A stretch of 64,000 nucleotides of DNA from Mizuhopecten yessoensis. Taxonomy: Eukaryota. The notes below the pieces were generated by a model. It saw only the letters and a list, made by a program, of their open reading frames with translations, was not told the DNA's origin and ran no database searches. Below, in pieces: positions 63,101 to 64,000 of the stretch; position 1 is the stretch's first letter; the number at the start of each line of letters is the position of its first letter. The stretch covers positions 200,907 to 264,906 of the forward strand of contig NW_018408800.1 in assembly GCF_002113885.1 (NCBI RefSeq), written 5' to 3'. A program made the translations under genes and the position numbers.

Positions 63101-63569
63101 TTCCCTTTACCCTGTATTATACACGACTTTGAACTAATGATTCTAATAATTATATAACCCATTAATCTTATTCTATACCGACATAACTTTATCATACATA
63201 TTTAGTTTCTCGTACAAACATGATTTTCAGTACTGTTATAGCTGTTTTAAACGTACATAACATATATTATTTCATATCTGTCATGCATATATTCCCGTTT
63301 TAATTGTTAAACCATATATTGTCTTCACCATATACTATCTCTAGGAGCATCAAAACCCATATTCCATCTTATGCTTAAACAATACATTTTCATGTAGAAT
63401 TTTTCTCATAAAAACAAACCTGCTTTGTGTTACATTCAATGGAACTTTCATTGGTTTCTCCGACCAGGTCGTCAAAATCCGATACAGAGGCCTCCTCTAG
63501 GTCTGATATGGGAATCTCCTTGGCGAGAGAAGTTTCCAAAACTTTTCCAAGACCAGCACCACTCTTCAT
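52427..63569 (-). CDS. Otoancorin/mesothelin/stereocilin-like GPI-anchored protein (5' partial, 689 aa in window)
   Basis: 14 phase-consistent GT-AG exons: 63569-63420, 62997-62794, 62517-62390, 62207-62078, 61976-61783, 61475-61382, 61271-61049, 59958-59777, 58815-58663, 58430-58285, 57081-56939, 56777-56680, 54377-54239, 52512-52427. Family-like motifs VWGDPSTWS, LRSLGHVTCG, YGSDITTWD..I.NVGIVIGGL...EI..L. Hydrophobic C-terminus after DSG (GPI signal). Family assignment is from motif recognition only. Confidence 0.8.
52741..53652 (+). mobile_element. Helentron-associated non-autonomous element (HINE/DINE-like)
   Basis: 5' GC-rich subterminal motif, (CCGT)/(GTAC) microsatellite, ~140-150-bp internal tandem units containing AAGGTCAAGG, and 3' GGTAGGGGACAT plus hairpin GTATTGCTTTAGCAATAC. 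An inverted 3'-end copy lies near 54750-54790. Confidence 0.7.
55553..55750. repeat. ~200-bp dispersed duplicate of 58836-59033
   Basis: ATCTTAAGTTCATGTAGCACAG.. is near identical at both sites. Confidence 0.9.
56000..56640 (+). mobile_element. Non-autonomous element with terminal long hairpin (Crypton-like?)
   Basis: CTGATTGG at 56034 and hairpin 56513-56617 with core GGGGCTTCGCCCTC. The boundaries are inferred. Confidence 0.5.
57445..58305. repeat. 49-bp minisatellite (~17-18 copies) derived from an exon/5' splice site junction
   Basis: Unit CCCACTTA(C/T)TAGTAGACAGAGGACTGTATTCAGAGGTGATATTTCACAT. The last copy overlaps exon 58430-58285. Confidence 0.95.
58952..59200. repeat. ~40-50-bp tandem repeat, ~5 copies
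   Basis: CTAAATATGTGCGAGATGAAAAACG..GTCGATTCG.CTACG. Confidence 0.85.
60154..60185. repeat. (CA)n microsatellite
   Basis: Directly visible. Confidence 0.95.
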
Positions 63570-64000
63570 CTGCATAATCAATATGGAAACCTTTATTTTG
63601 ATACCAAGCTCTTTTGAATAACACGGGTATCCTCAATTATCTTGCTGTTAAATTCAACCACCGAACGATCAGTGGTTCTATATAACCTTAAAGGCCTGGT
63701 ATAGCATAAGAGGCAGTTAAAAAGTTAGTTGGTATTGTAAAACCTAGTAGTACGAGAAATAAAGAATACAGAACGAAAAATATTCTGTAAATTATATGTA
63801 TTTTGTTCCTCAAGACGGTGTTATTCTAACGAAAGTATACTGACTACCGGAATATTTTGCCTAGTCATTTGTTTACCTTTTGTCCTGTTAAACTGATATG
63901 CGCTCTGAGTTAATTTTTACGCTAATGACGAAAACAAGTATATTTATCTAGCTTTATACTTTATACTAATAAATGAACTGTTTAAAAAAACCTTATATAC

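Overview
AT-rich, intron-rich animal DNA, most likely a bivalve mollusc (inferred from the repeat families, the frequent TACATGTA motif and the gene content). Exon models were built by hand from GT-AG sites and phase continuity. Genes, left to right: (1) BLOC1S2 on the minus strand, partial; (2) a 579-aa UPF0489/C5orf22-family protein on the plus strand with an unusual N-terminal type II signal anchor; (3) a disrupted or truncated BTB-BACK gene (minus); (4) a complete 572-aa steroid sulfatase-like arylsulfatase (minus); (5) a complete 321-aa secreted AA15-type lytic polysaccharide monooxygenase (LPMO, plus); (6) the 3' 14 exons of a GPI-anchored otoancorin/mesothelin/stereocilin-like protein with an RKRR furin site (minus). 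Mobile DNA includes a Penelope-type insertion with two inverted hammerhead ribozymes and a 13-bp target site duplication (TSD), tRNA-containing TRIM/solo LTRs, an internally deleted Tc1, an IS3EU-type MITE, a TGT..ACA element with a 6-bp TSD carrying a CR1/L2 fragment, Helentron-type elements, long hairpin elements with a shared core, and many minisatellites. One minisatellite is an amplified 5' splice site. No CRISPR array, rRNA or convincing tRNA gene was seen. Single Ns at 5905 and 37596 may be contig joins.
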